Source of the DNA: a virus
Taxonomy: Duplodnaviria; Caudoviricetes
Length of the DNA stretch: 64,000 nt
Virus record (IMG/VR): IMGVR_UViG_3300031853_000001
Location: 64,001-128,000 of that record
Strand: one strand, 5' to 3'
Shown: positions 11,772-22,482 of the stretch, one piece after another
Layout: every line of letters starts with the position of its first letter
Position numbering within the stretch: position 1 is the stretch's first letter
Made by a program: the position numbers and the translations under genes
The notes under the pieces: model-generated
Told to the model about the DNA's origin: nothing
Databases searched by the model: none
The model's input: the letters and a program-made list of their open reading frames with translations, nothing else

Positions 11772-13714
11772 ATGAAGTTTATCCCAGAAAATTTTGTATC
11801 TTATGATGAAATCGCAACTGCTAATGAGCAAGGAGTAGCAATTGAAGTGCGTCTTTGCCGCAGTTGCCCACTGTTCCAGCCTGATGGTATTCAAACGGAG
11901 AAGCCAATTATTCACGGCTGGTGTGCTCGTCTTTCTGATGAGGAACTTCCACATTATATTCGCGTAACTACGGAAGATTTTTGCCGAGAAAGTCGTATTA
12001 AAGATGAAGTATTATAATAAGAAAGGGTAAACAATGAGTATGTTGCTTTTTATTATTTTTGTTCTATTATTTATATTACTAGACCAAAATGATAATCATG
12101 GAGGTTTTGTATGATTTATATGATGTTTGTTGGGATTATTTTGCTTACTATTGGGTGTTCTGGGATTATCTTTTGTGATGATGAAGATAAAGATGAAAGT
12201 AATTAGTTCAACTTTTCCTGGCCGAATTGCTATTTGTCCTAGTTGTGGGGCGCTTTTTGGTGATATAAAAGATAGTGATATTTATGGTAAAGATTTATAC
12301 TGCTTAATCTGTAAGCAAAAAATTCCTATTGATTATGATAAAAATTATAATGGAATTATAGAGGAGAAAAAAGATGTTGTATAATCCAAATTATTATAGT
12401 TGGGGGCCAGAAGGATGGCGTTGCCCAGAGTGCGGCCGCGTGTATAGTCCTACAACCCCAATGTGTTTTTATTGTAGTAATAAAGAAGGAACTGTTCTAT
12501 CTACGGGAACTGGCATCAATGATAGTAAATGGTGGGAAGAGTATCTAAAACAATCTCAAACTGGAAAACCAGTTGATGATAATCCTTCTACTACAACCTC
12601 TACTACAAATATAGACCCAAATGCCAAGACAATAACTTGGAATAATATGGGAACTGGCCACATTGAAGTTGGTAAAGATGGTTCTATTATGTGGAAAGGC
12701 CCTGTTCCCGAAATTCATTATCCTTCTACTTTACAAGAATGGTTTGAGGTATTTAATAATGAAGAATGAAAAAGCTATTGAGATTTTAGCCAACATTAGA
12801 GTTCAATCTTTATTAGATAATAAACAAGAAGAAGCAGATGCTTTGTTTTTAGGAATGAGGTATTTGGCTTCAATTACAAATCGTCCATATGTCAAATGTA
12901 AATATTGCGGCAAATGGTATAGAAGGCAAGTTGAAGAGCAGGCTTATGATGAAAATGATATAGTCGTATATTATTGTTATTGTCCTTATTGCGGCGAAGA
13001 GTATGAGTGGAATGAGTGTTATTGGAGGTAAATATGATTATTTCCGCGGCCGTGAGAGCAACTGTGAATGGCGAAAAAGTTATCATACCTTGCCACCGCC
13101 ATTGCGATTTCTTCGAAATTATGAAAGTATTACACTGTCAGTATGATAAGGCAAGCGTAGAACAAGGTTTTATAGACTGGAATGAATTAGAACGAAAAGA
13201 AGAATTTGTTTCGCGCGTGGAAGCTTTTAAACGCGCGCAAATAGCAAATCAAATTCCTAAATGTAAAGAACCAACTGAATTATTTAGCGAAATGCTTTGG
13301 TAAAGGAGAAAATATATTATGTTATTTATTATTTGTTTAATCGTTACTGTTATTTCTATTTTTCTAGCTTTTATGTTTAATAAAAAGGATTGTGATATAG
13401 CCAGTTTAATCGCTGGTATTGTCGCTCTTCCTACCGCTGCAGCGACTATAATAATGTTGTTTGTTCTATTAATTACTTATACCGGTTGTCCAAAAACGGA
13501 AGCACAATGGCAAGAACGTTATGCCTCTTTAAATACTAGAATTGAAAATCATATGTATTATCCTTGGGATCGTGAAGATTTAATTGAAGAAGTCCAAAAG
13601 TGGAATGAAGATTTTGCTGCACAAGAGCGCTCGCACAATGATTTTTGGGTAGGTATTTTTAATCCTGAATCTATTGAGGGTTTAGATAAGATTGATTTAA
13701 CGAGGATTGAGTAA
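11772..13714 (+). other. cluster of small hypothetical, Zn-ribbon and membrane CDSs
   Basis: ORFs 11772-12017, 12127-12384, 12374-12769, 12663-13031, 13016-13303, 13319-13714. Confidence 0.55.
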
Positions 13715-13803
13715 TTTATAGAGAAAGTTTTTAACTTTCTCTATAAAATTATTTTTTTAAGTAGAAAACCCCTTGTTCTTGGGCTAGCGAACCCACAATT
13801 ATA

Positions 13804-14019
13804 ATGGAGGTGAGAGTATTGGATACTCAAAAACTTTTACAACAAGTAAATGAAACTGGAACACCAATTGCTTTTATAGCTAAAAATATAGGAAAAGACC
13901 CATCTACTCTTCATAAGTGGATGCGAGGAACAAGTAAATATCTTGCGACAGAAACGCAAGAAAAACTAATTCAAGAGATAAAAAGAATTAAACAACTTTG
14001 GGAAAATATTGAAATTTAA
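13804..14019 (+). CDS. small XRE-type HTH protein
   Basis: IAKNIGKDPSTLHKWMRG; similar to 9733-9930. Confidence 0.7.
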   Translation: MEVRVLDTQKLLQQVNETGTPIAFIAKNIGKDPSTLHKWMRGTSKYLATETQEKLIQEIKRIKQLWENIEI

Positions 14020-14028
14020 GGTGATAAT

Positions 14029-14199
14029 ATGACATTATTTCCAGTTTTTTCAAGACGAATTGTGTCTGAATTAGAAAAATTAGGTTTCCAAGTGGTTAAT
14101 ATTGCCCCTAATAGAAAATTACCTGGTTTTAAAGTTTATTATTTTGAAGAGACAGTAGAATTAAGAAATGCTGTTCAAAAACTTATCCAGAGAAAATAA
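14029..14199 (+). CDS. 56-aa protein, DUF5659-like (not in ORF track)
   Basis: hand translation MTLFPVFSRRIVSELEKLGF...PNRKLPGFKVYYFEETVEL; SD aaggtg. Confidence 0.55.
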   Translation: MTLFPVFSRRIVSELEKLGFQVVNIAPNRKLPGFKVYYFEETVELRNAVQKLIQRK

Positions 14200-14242
14200 T
14201 TCTCTGACACTATTTAACACATATACAACGGAGTTGATTATT

Positions 14243-14587
14243 ATGGCTAATTATGCTAATCAATTAACTATAAAATTAGAGCTTGATAAAACATTATATC
14301 AAGGCGGTGATAATCGCGGCGAAATGTATACGAAAAAAGTATATTGGAAATATAAAAAAGCCGCAATGAAAAAATTAACCGGCAATGGTTATAAACTTTG
14401 GGATTATTTATATTCTTGGGCAGGTGCTAATTCTTTTGATTTTTCACCAAAGAAAATTACAGATGAAATTGGAATTAGCGATAAAGGAATTCGTCTTGCT
14501 AGACAAGAATTAGAACGTTTTAATTGTTTAAAATTAGAAGAAGGAAAAAATAATATTTATATTTTTACTCCTGACGCAATCCTGTAA
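14243..14587 (+). CDS. winged-helix protein, replication-initiator-like
   Basis: LTGNGYKLWDYL...FSPKKITDEIGISDKGIRLARQEL; followed by iteron-like repeats. Confidence 0.5.
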   Translation: MANYANQLTIKLELDKTLYQGGDNRGEMYTKKVYWKYKKAAMKKLTGNGYKLWDYLYSWAGANSFDFSPKKITDEIGISDKGIRLARQELERFNCLKLEEGKNNIYIFTPDAIL

Positions 14588-14770
14588 TTTTTACCGCATT
14601 CAATACGGTAAAAATTACTAGAGTCTAACAATCAAAATTACCATTACCTTTGGTAATTTTTACTAGAGCATACGGTAATTTTTACCAGAGATTATGGTAA
14701 AAATTATAGGAGTAATATAAATAATATATAAATAATTATATAAATAAAAATAAAAATAAAATAAAAATAT
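14584..14770. repeat. iteron-like GGTAAAAATTAC/GTAATTTTTACC repeats plus AT-only tract
   Basis: five near-identical copies in both orientations (14584, 14606, 14652, 14673, 14696), then about 55 nt of A/T only. Confidence 0.7.
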
Positions 14771-14849
14771 GGCGGCAAGCCGCGAAAAATTCTTGACTTT
14801 TTTCAAAATTTCTGCTATAATTATTATAGAAAGTGAAAAGGAGAAGAGT

Positions 14850-15632
14850 ATGAATAAGCAAGAAATCTTCAATCATTTTTCTACAATAATTGACGAAATG
14901 ATTAACAATTCTCTTTTTTGGTCTACCTATTGGCAGCGTCCCTATGGTTTTGGTGATACCATAGACGGAAGCGATTATGACGAAATGCCTGCGCACATTT
15001 TAGTGTGTAGCGGTGCGACTCGTACTTGCCTTGTCGATGAAGACTACGATTGGGTTGTTAAGTTTGATGTTGAAGAAGATGCTTATGGTAGCGCTTGTGA
15101 GCGCGAAGAACGTATTTATGACGCGGCGAAGGCTTATGCTCTTGACCGCTATTTTGCGGAAGTAGTGTATCTTGGTCGCTATACGCGCGAAATTAACTTC
15201 TATGACATCTGCGACATTGAGCGTTGGTGTGATTTGTTTGATTATGACCCGAAGTATTTTGAACAGGCTTTTATGGAGAATGAGGAAAAGTTTGGGCCTA
15301 TTCGTCCTATTGTAATTTCTGTGCCGCTTTATGCCTATCGTAAGGCTACTGCTTATGATTGCGGGCCTGTTGATGCAGATAGTCGTGCTCGCGCGAAGAA
15401 GATTGCTAGTCCGCTTTATTCTCGCAATATTGCGGTTGCAACTGCTTTCATCCGCGAATTTGGTATGGATGAATATAAGGCTTTTTCTGAATTTGGTCTT
15501 GAATGGGATATTAACGACCTTCATTGTAATAATGTTGGGGAAATTGACGGACATTTTTGTATAATTGATTACTCTGGATACCACGACCCTTATTATGATG
15601 ACGAAGATGAAGATTGGAAGAAAGGAGATTAA
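14850..15632 (+). CDS. protein-kinase-like fold protein
   Basis: SGATR..VVKF, E..IY, catalytic-loop-like DLHCNNVG and IIDY. Confidence 0.55.
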   Translation: MNKQEIFNHFSTIIDEMINNSLFWSTYWQRPYGFGDTIDGSDYDEMPAHILVCSGATRTCLVDEDYDWVVKFDVEEDAYGSACEREERIYDAAKAYALDRYFAEVVYLGRYTREINFYDICDIERWCDLFDYDPKYFEQAFMENEEKFGPIRPIVISVPLYAYRKATAYDCGPVDADSRARAKKIASPLYSRNIAVATAFIREFGMDEYKAFSEFGLEWDINDLHCNNVGEIDGHFCIIDYSGYHDPYYDDEDEDWKKGD

Positions 15633-15640
15633 AAATAATA

Positions 15641-16450
15641 ATGGACCATTCTGATATTGGTGCCCGTATGAAGGCATACGAAAATTGTTATAGACTATAT
15701 CTACCGAAGCGCCAGGCCGTTATTGTCCGTATTGATGGCAAGGCGTTCCACAGCTTTACAAAGGGTTTTAACCGACCATATGATACTGTATTCGCAAAGG
15801 CTATGTGGGAAACCGCAAAGCAGCTTTGTGAAAATATTGGTGGTTGTGTGTTTGGTTATACACAAAGCGACGAAATTTCCCTTGTTCTGGTAGATTATAA
15901 GAATATTAACACCGAGCCTTGGTTTGGCAATAATCTACAAAAAATTGTAAGTATCAGCGCGAGTATGGCTACTTTCTTTTTTAGGCAGAATTTTATAAAC
16001 TCTATTGTAAAGCATGACCATCTTTCTCCAGAAGAGCAAAACGCTCATTTTAAAGCTTATGGAGAAAAAATGGCTGTATTTGATGCTCGTGCGTTTATTC
16101 TTCCACGAGAAGAAGTTTCTAATTATATTTACTGGCGGCAACTAGACTGCGTGCGAAATAGTATTCAACTTGCGGGCCAGACTTACTTCTCGCACAAGCA
16201 ACTTCAAAATAAGAATTGCGACCAGATTCAGGAAATGCTTTGGCAAGAGCACCAAGTAAATTGGTCTAAGTATCCTACTTGGTTTAAGAATGGTGTCGCT
16301 ATTTACAAGCAGCCACGAGAAATTTCTTACGCAAATGAAGATGGTTCCGCCGCGTGCGTAGTGCGAGATAAGTGGACTATTGACCTAGAAATGCCAATGG
16401 TTTCTCAAAATCCTGACTTTATTAATAAGTGGGTTATTTTTAAGGAGTAA
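15641..16450 (+). CDS. tRNA(His) guanylyltransferase Thg1 / TLP 3'-5' polymerase
   Basis: RIDGKAFHSFT, YTQSDEISL, FDAR, WRQLDCVRNSI. Confidence 0.95.
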   Translation: MDHSDIGARMKAYENCYRLYLPKRQAVIVRIDGKAFHSFTKGFNRPYDTVFAKAMWETAKQLCENIGGCVFGYTQSDEISLVLVDYKNINTEPWFGNNLQKIVSISASMATFFFRQNFINSIVKHDHLSPEEQNAHFKAYGEKMAVFDARAFILPREEVSNYIYWRQLDCVRNSIQLAGQTYFSHKQLQNKNCDQIQEMLWQEHQVNWSKYPTWFKNGVAIYKQPREISYANEDGSAACVVRDKWTIDLEMPMVSQNPDFINKWVIFKE

Positions 16451-16452
16451 AT

Positions 16453-16806
16453 ATGGCTGAATATAATAAAGTAATGGAAGAGTATAATCGGATGTGCGAT
16501 TATTATTGCAAAAATTATGGTATTGATGAAGAATGCTCGCTTGAATGCCCTTTAAGCGGGAAAAATAATCCAGATTTAAGATACTATTCTGGATGTGATG
16601 AATTTTTATATAAAGAAGCAGAAAAAGCAGAACAAATAATTATGAAATGGGCGCGCGAACACCCACCAATTTATCCAACTATTGGAGAAGTAGTAGAAGA
16701 AATTTGTCGGCTAATGAACATTCCTCCAAAAACGAATCTTAATACTATTTATGATGAGCATTTAACAGAAGAAGCCGCGGATAGATTTAATATTAAACCC
16801 CGTTAA
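16453..16806 (+). CDS. hypothetical Cys-rich phage protein
   Basis: RMC...C..CPL...W..EHP pattern. Confidence 0.55.
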   Translation: MAEYNKVMEEYNRMCDYYCKNYGIDEECSLECPLSGKNNPDLRYYSGCDEFLYKEAEKAEQIIMKWAREHPPIYPTIGEVVEEICRLMNIPPKTNLNTIYDEHLTEEAADRFNIKPR

Positions 16807-16875
16807 TAAATATTTGACTAACTCCCCAAATTATAGTATAATAAATATGTAAGCAAGGAAAGGGGATATTTTGAA

Positions 16876-17310
16876 GTGAATGAGAGGTTTTTTAAATTCG
16901 CGCGTGAAGCGTCCAAGAAAGCGGATTATTGTGGTGATAATGGAAAAGGCCATGCACCCGCGATAGGCGGCGTTGCAGTTTTGAAAGGCTCTATTGTAGC
17001 AGAAGCTTGGAACACCAATAAAACCTCTCCTCTTCAAGCAAAGTATAATAAGTATCGGTATTATAATCCTTCTCTAAAGGATAAATCTCATTGTGAGACA
17101 GTTCTTTGTCAAAGATTGAGATGGAAATTTGGAGATAATTTAGATTGGTCAAAAATTGATATTTATCTTTATAGGGAATATAAAGATGGTAGACTCGCAA
17201 TGTGTCGTCCTTGTTGTAGTTGCTTGCATATGTTGAAAGAAGAATTTGGTATTAAAAGAATTTTTTATACTACTCCAGATGGTTTTTGTGAAGAAAAATT
17301 TAAATTATGA
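16876..17310 (+). CDS. zinc-dependent cytidine/adenosine deaminase-fold protein
   Basis: PAIGGVAV..G.IV...WN, HCE, RPCCSC, GIKRIFY. Confidence 0.8.
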   Translation: MNERFFKFAREASKKADYCGDNGKGHAPAIGGVAVLKGSIVAEAWNTNKTSPLQAKYNKYRYYNPSLKDKSHCETVLCQRLRWKFGDNLDWSKIDIYLYREYKDGRLAMCRPCCSCLHMLKEEFGIKRIFYTTPDGFCEEKFKL

Positions 17311-17391
17311 AAAAAAATTCTATTTTTTATTGTGTATCAACAGCTATAAATTATTGCCCCATTTGCGGCAGAAAGTTAAAGGATACAGAAA

Positions 17392-18111
17392 ATGTTTGAT
17401 GTAGGTCATGTGTTAGTAGGCTCCCAAAATTATAATTTGGACGGCCCCAATAGCGACAGGGATTATAAAATTCTTATGTGCCCTGATTTAGATGACCTTT
17501 ATTTCCGCAGACGAGCAGAAAAAGGTAATCTTCCAGAGGAATATAAAACTAATAGTGAGCATTATAGCGTAATGGACATTCGCACCTTTAACCAAAATGT
17601 CCTTGATGGCAATGTTAATGCTTTGGAAATGCTTTTTTCTACTGGACAAGCAGACCTTAATGCTAGTTTGTTCCGGTGGATGACATATACACAAAAGCTA
17701 TATCAAGATGGCTATCTTGTAACTGTTTTCCCGCATTTCTTTATGACTATGAACGGTCTTGTATTCAATTCTTTTGACCGTTATGGTGTTAATAGAAAAA
17801 CTGCTTCGCGCGCTCTTTACTTTGGTAATTTTGTAGAGTATATTGTAGCAAATAATTTTAAAATTAGTTGGGATAGTTGGAGAAATGAAATTGTAACAAC
17901 TTCCGCGCGCGGAATGCGTTTTGACAAAACTATTCCACTTCCTACCAGAGTGCAATTTGATGTTCGTTTTGATTGTTTGGAACAAATGTCTTTGGATGCT
18001 GCGGCAGAAGCTAATCATAAATTAACTTATGAACAAGTAAACGCTTTTGAGACAAGGAAAAAGGATTTGTTCAATAAAATGAAAGACTTAGTAGTTCTAC
18101 AACTACTTTAA
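17392..18111 (+). CDS. pol-beta superfamily nucleotidyltransferase
   Basis: VGSQNYNLDGPNSDRDY (GS...DxD), GNVNALEML. Confidence 0.8.
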   Translation: MFDVGHVLVGSQNYNLDGPNSDRDYKILMCPDLDDLYFRRRAEKGNLPEEYKTNSEHYSVMDIRTFNQNVLDGNVNALEMLFSTGQADLNASLFRWMTYTQKLYQDGYLVTVFPHFFMTMNGLVFNSFDRYGVNRKTASRALYFGNFVEYIVANNFKISWDSWRNEIVTTSARGMRFDKTIPLPTRVQFDVRFDCLEQMSLDAAAEANHKLTYEQVNAFETRKKDLFNKMKDLVVLQLL

Positions 18112-18236
18112 TTAAAGGAGATATAAATATATGCTATATAATAAGGAAACAACTTTGGCACTAATTAACTATCGTATCAATCTGCTTCGTGCTCGTGGTG
18201 AGCAGATGAATGAACATCTAATTAATGCACTAATCC

Positions 18237-18755
18237 GTGAAGCAAGAGTCATTGAAAATGAAAAGGAGAATAACTAAAATGAAGTATAAGTTTAATATTC
18301 ATCCAGAAGATTGCCGTTATATTGTAAATGAAGATAAGCGTAAGATTATTTGTCTAATTGAGAATACTGAGAATATGTTCACTGCATTTGCAAGCAATAA
18401 TTTTGATATCCCCTATGATTGTATGGATTCTCTTTGGAGCAACGCAACTCCAAAGCATCTGCATGAAAAGCTTCGTATGCCCAATCGTTTTTGGGGCATT
18501 GCTACTTGCGCAGAAGATGATGAGTGGGATGAGGAGAAAGGTAAGCTACTTGCTTTTACAAAGGCCAAGGATAAGTTAAACAAGAGTTTCTTTAAGCGCG
18601 CGAATCTATATATTAACACATTTGATAAGAGTATTAATGATGCTGTTGATATTCTAAATACTCTTGGAGATAAGCTTACTGCTAATACTAAGCATAGATA
18701 TGCTAAGCTTAATGAGCTACTTGGAGATACTGAAAATGGCGTGTCGGAAAATTAA
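18237..18755 (+). CDS. hypothetical phage protein
   Basis: GIATCAEDDEWDEEKGKLLA motif common in phage proteins. Confidence 0.55.
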   Translation: MKQESLKMKRRITKMKYKFNIHPEDCRYIVNEDKRKIICLIENTENMFTAFASNNFDIPYDCMDSLWSNATPKHLHEKLRMPNRFWGIATCAEDDEWDEEKGKLLAFTKAKDKLNKSFFKRANLYINTFDKSINDAVDILNTLGDKLTANTKHRYAKLNELLGDTENGVSEN

Positions 18756-19308
18756 TGATAGATACGCCAATGAAGGCTATATTATAAAAGAAATCAATTT
18801 AGACGACCTCCCTTGGCAAACAAAAGTAAATCGTAATTTCCCAAAAGATGGAAACCCAAATGAGATTTATAAAATTTTTGAAGAATGTAATATGAATAGT
18901 ATAACTCAACAGGCAATTATGCAACAGTATAATGAGTTATATATTTATAATGAAGCAACACCAGAAGAAAGAGAAATTCTGGCCCCACAAGTTAAAGTTG
19001 TATATTCTTTATTCAATCTTCCCGACATTTATTATCCAAAGTTCTATCCGCTAATGGATGAAAAAGAAGTTTGGTCTTTAAATGAACGCGATTTAAGTGT
19101 TAAACTTGGTTCGCGGCTTCAACAACTTGGAGTTTCTTTCTTTGATTATAAGAAGTTTGTTGACGGTGTAGTTAATTTATGTGAAGAATTTAATCTGCGT
19201 GAAGATGATATTCTTCTAAACCCATCTAATATTGGTTATCATCCAGTATTAGGCTTACGAATAATTGATTATGGTTTGACGAATGATAACCAATTACTTG
19301 ACTTTTAA
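18736..19308 (+). CDS. second kinase-like protein
   Basis: C-terminal DILLNPSNIG...RIIDYG. Confidence 0.45.
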   Translation: MACRKINDRYANEGYIIKEINLDDLPWQTKVNRNFPKDGNPNEIYKIFEECNMNSITQQAIMQQYNELYIYNEATPEEREILAPQVKVVYSLFNLPDIYYPKFYPLMDEKEVWSLNERDLSVKLGSRLQQLGVSFFDYKKFVDGVVNLCEEFNLREDDILLNPSNIGYHPVLGLRIIDYGLTNDNQLLDF

Positions 19309-19684
19309 GACATTTTATGATATAGTGTAATAAAGATAAGGAAACTTATCTTAAAATAAAGAAAACGAGGAAATATATGAAGTATTACGACGAAGAATCT
19401 TATCTAGCTTCTCAAGAACCTGAAACACCAGTAATAGAAGCCGAATTTGGTTGTGGTTTCTGCTGGGATAAGAAAAGAAAGAAGTCTAAGGAACTATTCT
19501 TTTTAGATGCCGCAAACAATATGAGGTTATGTAATTATTGCCCTTCTTGCGGTCGCAAGTATGAAGAAGAGTAAGATTCAATCTTACTCTTTCTTTTTTT
19601 ATAGAGTAGAAGAAAATAGAAAATTATTCAATTTATTTCCATACTTTTCTTATGAAAGATATTTTCTAAATCTCGGAGGTTGTT

Positions 19685-20324
19685 ATGAATAGTCTTAATC
19701 AAATGCCTAATAATGGGATGAATTGGAATACAGGCAACTTTAACGGTTACCCTAATCAAACTCCAAATTATTTTGGAGGGATGAATGCGAACAATTTCCC
19801 TCGTTATAGTATAATTCAAGTTCGCGGCCAGAATGGTGCCGAAGCACTACAAATGGCACCAAACAGTAAAGTATTACTTCTTGACGAAACAGACCCCTTA
19901 ATTTGGTTTGTTCAAACCGATGGAGCGGGTTATAAAACTGTAACTCCATACACTATTTCTCCATACCAACCCGCGCCTCCTGTAGATTTAAATTCTATTG
20001 AACAAAGACTTTCAGCATTGGAGGAAAAGATAAATGCCAAATCCTATAATGGAGCAAATAAACAGCGGAAGCAGGCCAGCAATAGGGCCGATGACGCAGT
20101 TGAATCAACAAATCCAGCCAGCTAAACAAGCCTTACGACAAGCGATGAGTTTGAAAAATCCACAAGCAATGATGAATCAAATGCTAATGAACAATCCTAA
20201 TGTTCAACAAGCAATGAATTTTATAAAACAATCAGGGAATAATCCTGCGGCAGCATTCGTCGCGCTAGCAAAGCAAAAGGGTGTTGACCCACAAGCTTTT
20301 ATGAATGAATTATTGAGTCAGTAA
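19685..20324 (+). other. two N/Q/M-rich hypothetical CDSs (19685-20125, 20034-20324)
   Basis: low-complexity N-termini; first genes of a five-gene module. Confidence 0.6.
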
Positions 20325-20400
20325 TTTAATTACTGACTCTTTTATTATGCTAAAAAGTCCGCTATGCGGATTTTTTATTATATATAAAGAGGTGTCCCCT

Positions 20401-21099
20401 ATGAATGGTAATGAAGGACTATCTGCTTCTGATGTTGCTCTATTAACTGGTAATGGCAATAACGGCTGGGGCATGGATGGAGGTTGGGGTAGCATGATTT
20501 GGCTATTCGCAATTATCGCTCTAATGGGCGGCTGGGGCAACGGTGGTTTTGGTGGCAATGGCTATCATCCACAGTATGCAACCCAAGATTTCGTACAGAA
20601 TGGTTTCAACTTTAATGACTTACAATCTCAGAACCGCGACATTATGACAGCTATTAACAATGGAGTTGCTCAAGCTGTCGCAACAACCAATCAAGCTAAG
20701 TACGACAATATTAATGTTATGAAAGACATTCAAACAGCACTTACAGCTCAAATTGGTGATGTAAAAACCAATCAGATGCAATTACTCGCGAATCAGAACG
20801 ACTGTTGCTGCTCTACCAAGATGCTAATTAACGAAGTTGGCAACAACATTATGTCTGAACTAGCACAGGCTCGTTATGAGAATGCTATGAATACTTCCGC
20901 AATTAATGCTAATACTACAGCACAAACTCAACGTATTATTGACCTTATGACCGGCAATACTATTCAAGACTTACGCGACCAAGTTGGACAATTACAACTA
21001 GCTAATCAATTACAAGGTGTAATGCGTTATCCACAAGGATGGACTTATAACGCTGGTACAAATCCCTTCTGTAATGGTGGCTGCGGTTGCAACATGTAA
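20401..21099 (+). CDS. Gly-rich, coiled-coil, CCC-motif protein
   Basis: GWG..GG.W TM segment, NDCCCSTK, C-terminal GGCGCN. Confidence 0.6.
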   Translation: MNGNEGLSASDVALLTGNGNNGWGMDGGWGSMIWLFAIIALMGGWGNGGFGGNGYHPQYATQDFVQNGFNFNDLQSQNRDIMTAINNGVAQAVATTNQAKYDNINVMKDIQTALTAQIGDVKTNQMQLLANQNDCCCSTKMLINEVGNNIMSELAQARYENAMNTSAINANTTAQTQRIIDLMTGNTIQDLRDQVGQLQLANQLQGVMRYPQGWTYNAGTNPFCNGGCGCNM

Positions 21100-21137
21100 T
21101 TAAACACCGAACACATTCAGTGTGTCTAGTTTAATAT

Positions 21138-21175
21138 GAGAGGCACTTGTTTTCGGGCAAGTGCCTCTTTTTTTT
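21138..21175 (+). terminator. intrinsic terminator
   Basis: gagaggcacttg-ttttcggg-caagtgcctct + T-tract. Confidence 0.85.
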
Positions 21176-21193
21176 ATTATAGGAGGAATTAAA

Positions 21194-21610
21194 ATGATTC
21201 AAGTTTATAGTAATGGTGTTACGGTTGCTGCTGGTAGCACTTATCCATTAAATAATGTTACTTTTTATAAAGGTCAAACCGCGGTTCAAAACGCAGTTGG
21301 TTCTGTCGCATTAGATAGAAAAGGCGTTTATGTTGTACAAGTTGATGGTTTCGGCACTGTTGCCGCGGACGGAGTTTACTCTATTCAGTTAGCTGTAAAT
21401 GGAGTTCCAGTACCACAAGCTGTGAGCACTACAACCGCGGCCGCAAATAGTATTGGTTCTGGTAGTTTTACTACTTTAGTTACTGTTTCTCAAAGTGATT
21501 GTCCTTGTAATTGGACTACTTCTGCGACCAATTTGAGCATTATAAATCCTGAAGGAGCAGGTGACGTAACTGAAGGTCATGTTAATATGATTGTTACTAA
21601 ACTTTGCTAA
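21194..21610 (+). CDS. beta-sandwich protein (BclA C-terminal/C1q-like)
   Basis: G.Y.V.V...IQLAVNGVPVPQA..., ends IVTKL. Confidence 0.5.
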   Translation: MIQVYSNGVTVAAGSTYPLNNVTFYKGQTAVQNAVGSVALDRKGVYVVQVDGFGTVAADGVYSIQLAVNGVPVPQAVSTTTAAANSIGSGSFTTLVTVSQSDCPCNWTTSATNLSIINPEGAGDVTEGHVNMIVTKLC

Positions 21611-21623
21611 GGAGGGATGAGTT

Positions 21624-22475
21624 ATGGCACAAGCAAACCAAGAACTACAAACTCTTTATTCAGAGTTAATCAATAGAATGAAGCAGGGAGTAGAAATGCA
21701 CGAACAGCTCGCTGATTATTATGCTTTTCTAAATCTCCCTGGTTATCAGAAATGCCACGAATATCAGATGCTTTGTGAGTTATTAACTTATCGTAAAGCA
21801 AAAGATATGTATATGAAGGAGTATAATCAGTTAGTTCAGCCTACATATATGGTAAGCGGTATGCTTTCCAATATGACCAATATGGCAAATAATAACAATA
21901 GCGGCAATAATAACAATAATACTCCTAATCAGATGAATACAAATAATATGAACAACAATGGAATGACAAGTATGGCTAATTCTGGTAAGAATTATGCGAA
22001 TAATGTTATTCCTACAAATTGGTATAATTATACTCGCTATGATGTTGATGCAGGAACCAAGCGTTCTGCGGTTAAAGATGGATTTAAGAAGTGGCTAGAA
22101 TATGAGAAAGAAACTCGTCAGTATCTATCTCAAATGGCCCAGCGTTTAGAGCAAATGAATGAGCGTGAGGCCGCACGCAAACTAGACCATCTAATTGAGC
22201 ATGTTGAGAAGGAAATTCAAACTGCGGAAAATAAGATGATGGATTTAGAAAGCACTGGATATGATATGTCTTATATTCTACAGCAGCAGAAACCTCTACA
22301 AGAACACTATGCTGAAAAGATTCGTACAATGAATGATAAGAATCTACAATTCCGCCGTCGCGGCGAAGGCAATTATGCCAATTATAATTTAAGTGATTAT
22401 GATGATGAGGATGAAGAAGAGTTCGCACGTTATGGCCACGACTATCCTCGCTATTATCGCAGATATTATCGTTAA
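21624..22475 (+). CDS. ferritin-like four-helix protein with Asn-rich insert
   Basis: H..LADYY.FL.L.GY.KCHEY...E, W.EYEKET, VEKE. Confidence 0.5.
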   Translation: MAQANQELQTLYSELINRMKQGVEMHEQLADYYAFLNLPGYQKCHEYQMLCELLTYRKAKDMYMKEYNQLVQPTYMVSGMLSNMTNMANNNNSGNNNNNTPNQMNTNNMNNNGMTSMANSGKNYANNVIPTNWYNYTRYDVDAGTKRSAVKDGFKKWLEYEKETRQYLSQMAQRLEQMNEREAARKLDHLIEHVEKEIQTAENKMMDLESTGYDMSYILQQQKPLQEHYAEKIRTMNDKNLQFRRRGEGNYANYNLSDYDDEDEEEFARYGHDYPRYYRRYYR

Positions 22476-22482
22476 AAAGTAG

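Noticed and set aside
15000-15677. 225-aa minus-strand ORF and the other minus-strand ORFs
   Set aside because: They overlap well-supported + strand genes or tRNAs and lack SD sites and motifs
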